64,000 bases of DNA from Leucoraja erinacea (lineage: Eukaryota). A model generated the notes under the pieces. That model searched no databases, was not told the origin of the DNA, and was given only the letters and a program-made list of their open reading frames with translations. The stretch lies in the NCBI RefSeq assembly GCF_028641065.1, contig NC_073386.1, positions 57,412,001 to 57,476,000 of the forward strand, read 5' to 3'. Shown here piece by piece: positions 63,083 through 64,000 of this stretch (the first letter of the stretch is position 1; every line of letters begins with the position of its first letter). The position numbers and the translations under genes are program-made.

Positions 63083-64000
63083 ACAAGGAATTGCAAATGC
63101 TGATTTCCAAAAGATAAAAAGCTGGAGTAAAGGAAGGAAGGAAGAGAAGAATTATTCAACCTGTCAAAAATAAACAAAAACAGGATTCTACTCCTCAACT
63201 CCCGATAAGTGGTGGACGAAGGAACGGCGGATGCTGGTTTAACCCAAAATTCTGGAGTAACTTAGTGGGACAGGCAACATCTCTGGATAGAAGGAATGGG
63301 TGACGTTTCTGGTCAGAAGAGGGGTCTCGACGAAACGTCACCCATTCCTTCTCTCTAGAGATGCTGCCTGTCCCGCTGAGTTCCTCCAGCATTAGTGGTT
63401 AGTGGGTAACGCACAAAGGGTGCGGAGAGAGTAAGCTGAGGGTCTCTGGGGAATGGCTGTCACAATGGTATAATGAGCGTTTGTTAGATGGAAAGGTGGC
63501 AACAATGCAGGGCTGAGTGGGCAGCAATACTTCCCAAGTCAAAGACAAGTAGCGGAGTGCAGTGACTAAGCCATGAATCACCTGCCACTGACTCGACTCT
63601 TTGTGCCAAATGAGTGCAGTGATAACTTGAATCAGTCTTCAGAAAGGTGGGTGCCCCCTGTCCCACCCTGCCCTCTGCCCCCTCCAATAGATTAACTGAT
63701 GTAGAAAACATTACAAGACTTGCTATACTTCCATCGCTCATTCTTTAATCTTCCCCCACAGTGAATACTAATGTTTACAACTTACACACACACACACACA
63801 CAATCCTAGCCCTCTCCTTCTCTACAGAGATGCTGCCTGTCCTACTGAATTACTCCAGCATTTTGTGTCCATCTCCTAATCTGCAGATCTGAATCACTGG
63901 TGCCCTCTGCTGGCCACACAATGTATTTCCAAAGAGAGACACAAAGTGCTGGGTGGATGTGTTTGCTGGAGAGTCCAGCGGGGTGGGGACAACACTATGG

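Noticed and set aside
61850-63740. Unique-looking stretches with short ORFs (61748-62149, 62093-62497, 63484-63741)
   Set aside because: No recognisable domain or convincing splice pairs; likely very old repeat remnants.
16740-64000. ARPC5 exons expected downstream from human synteny
   Set aside because: I found no ARPC5-like coding sequence by eye; it may lie outside the window or in a gap. TBLASTN would settle it.

Overview
Repeat-dense vertebrate genomic DNA. The HE1/V-SINE and HER1-like CR1 repeats point to a cartilaginous fish, probably a skate or ray. The window is draft quality, with four N gaps and noisy G/A-rich tracts. One clear host gene is present: an intact single-coding-exon APOBEC4 (15634-16737, +, 367 aa, HPE...PCx6C). 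A candidate start-codon exon on the opposite strand (9900-9998) may belong to RGL1, the gene that hosts APOBEC4 in human. Most of the rest is mobile DNA: CR1 LINEs (esterase ORF1 plus EN/RT), Rex1/Babar-like LINEs, about 25-30 tRNA-derived V-SINEs, Penelope-like elements (PLEs), a decayed Gypsy LTR element, Harbinger MITEs, a hAT MITE and Helitron-like ends. Most notable: (1) about 20 minimal hammerhead-ribozyme motifs (CTGANGA-stemII-GAAACGTC) carried by PLE termini. One is a 94-bp ribozyme-only unit inserted with a perfect 12-bp target duplication; others form palindromic pairs or half-ribozyme tandem arrays. (2) An inverted, circularly permuted ~5.8-kb duplicate (49-54.8 kb) of the 1-4.3 kb region. 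Nearly all ORFs in the supplied track are repeat-derived or low-complexity. Coordinates were read by eye and repeat boundaries are approximate.
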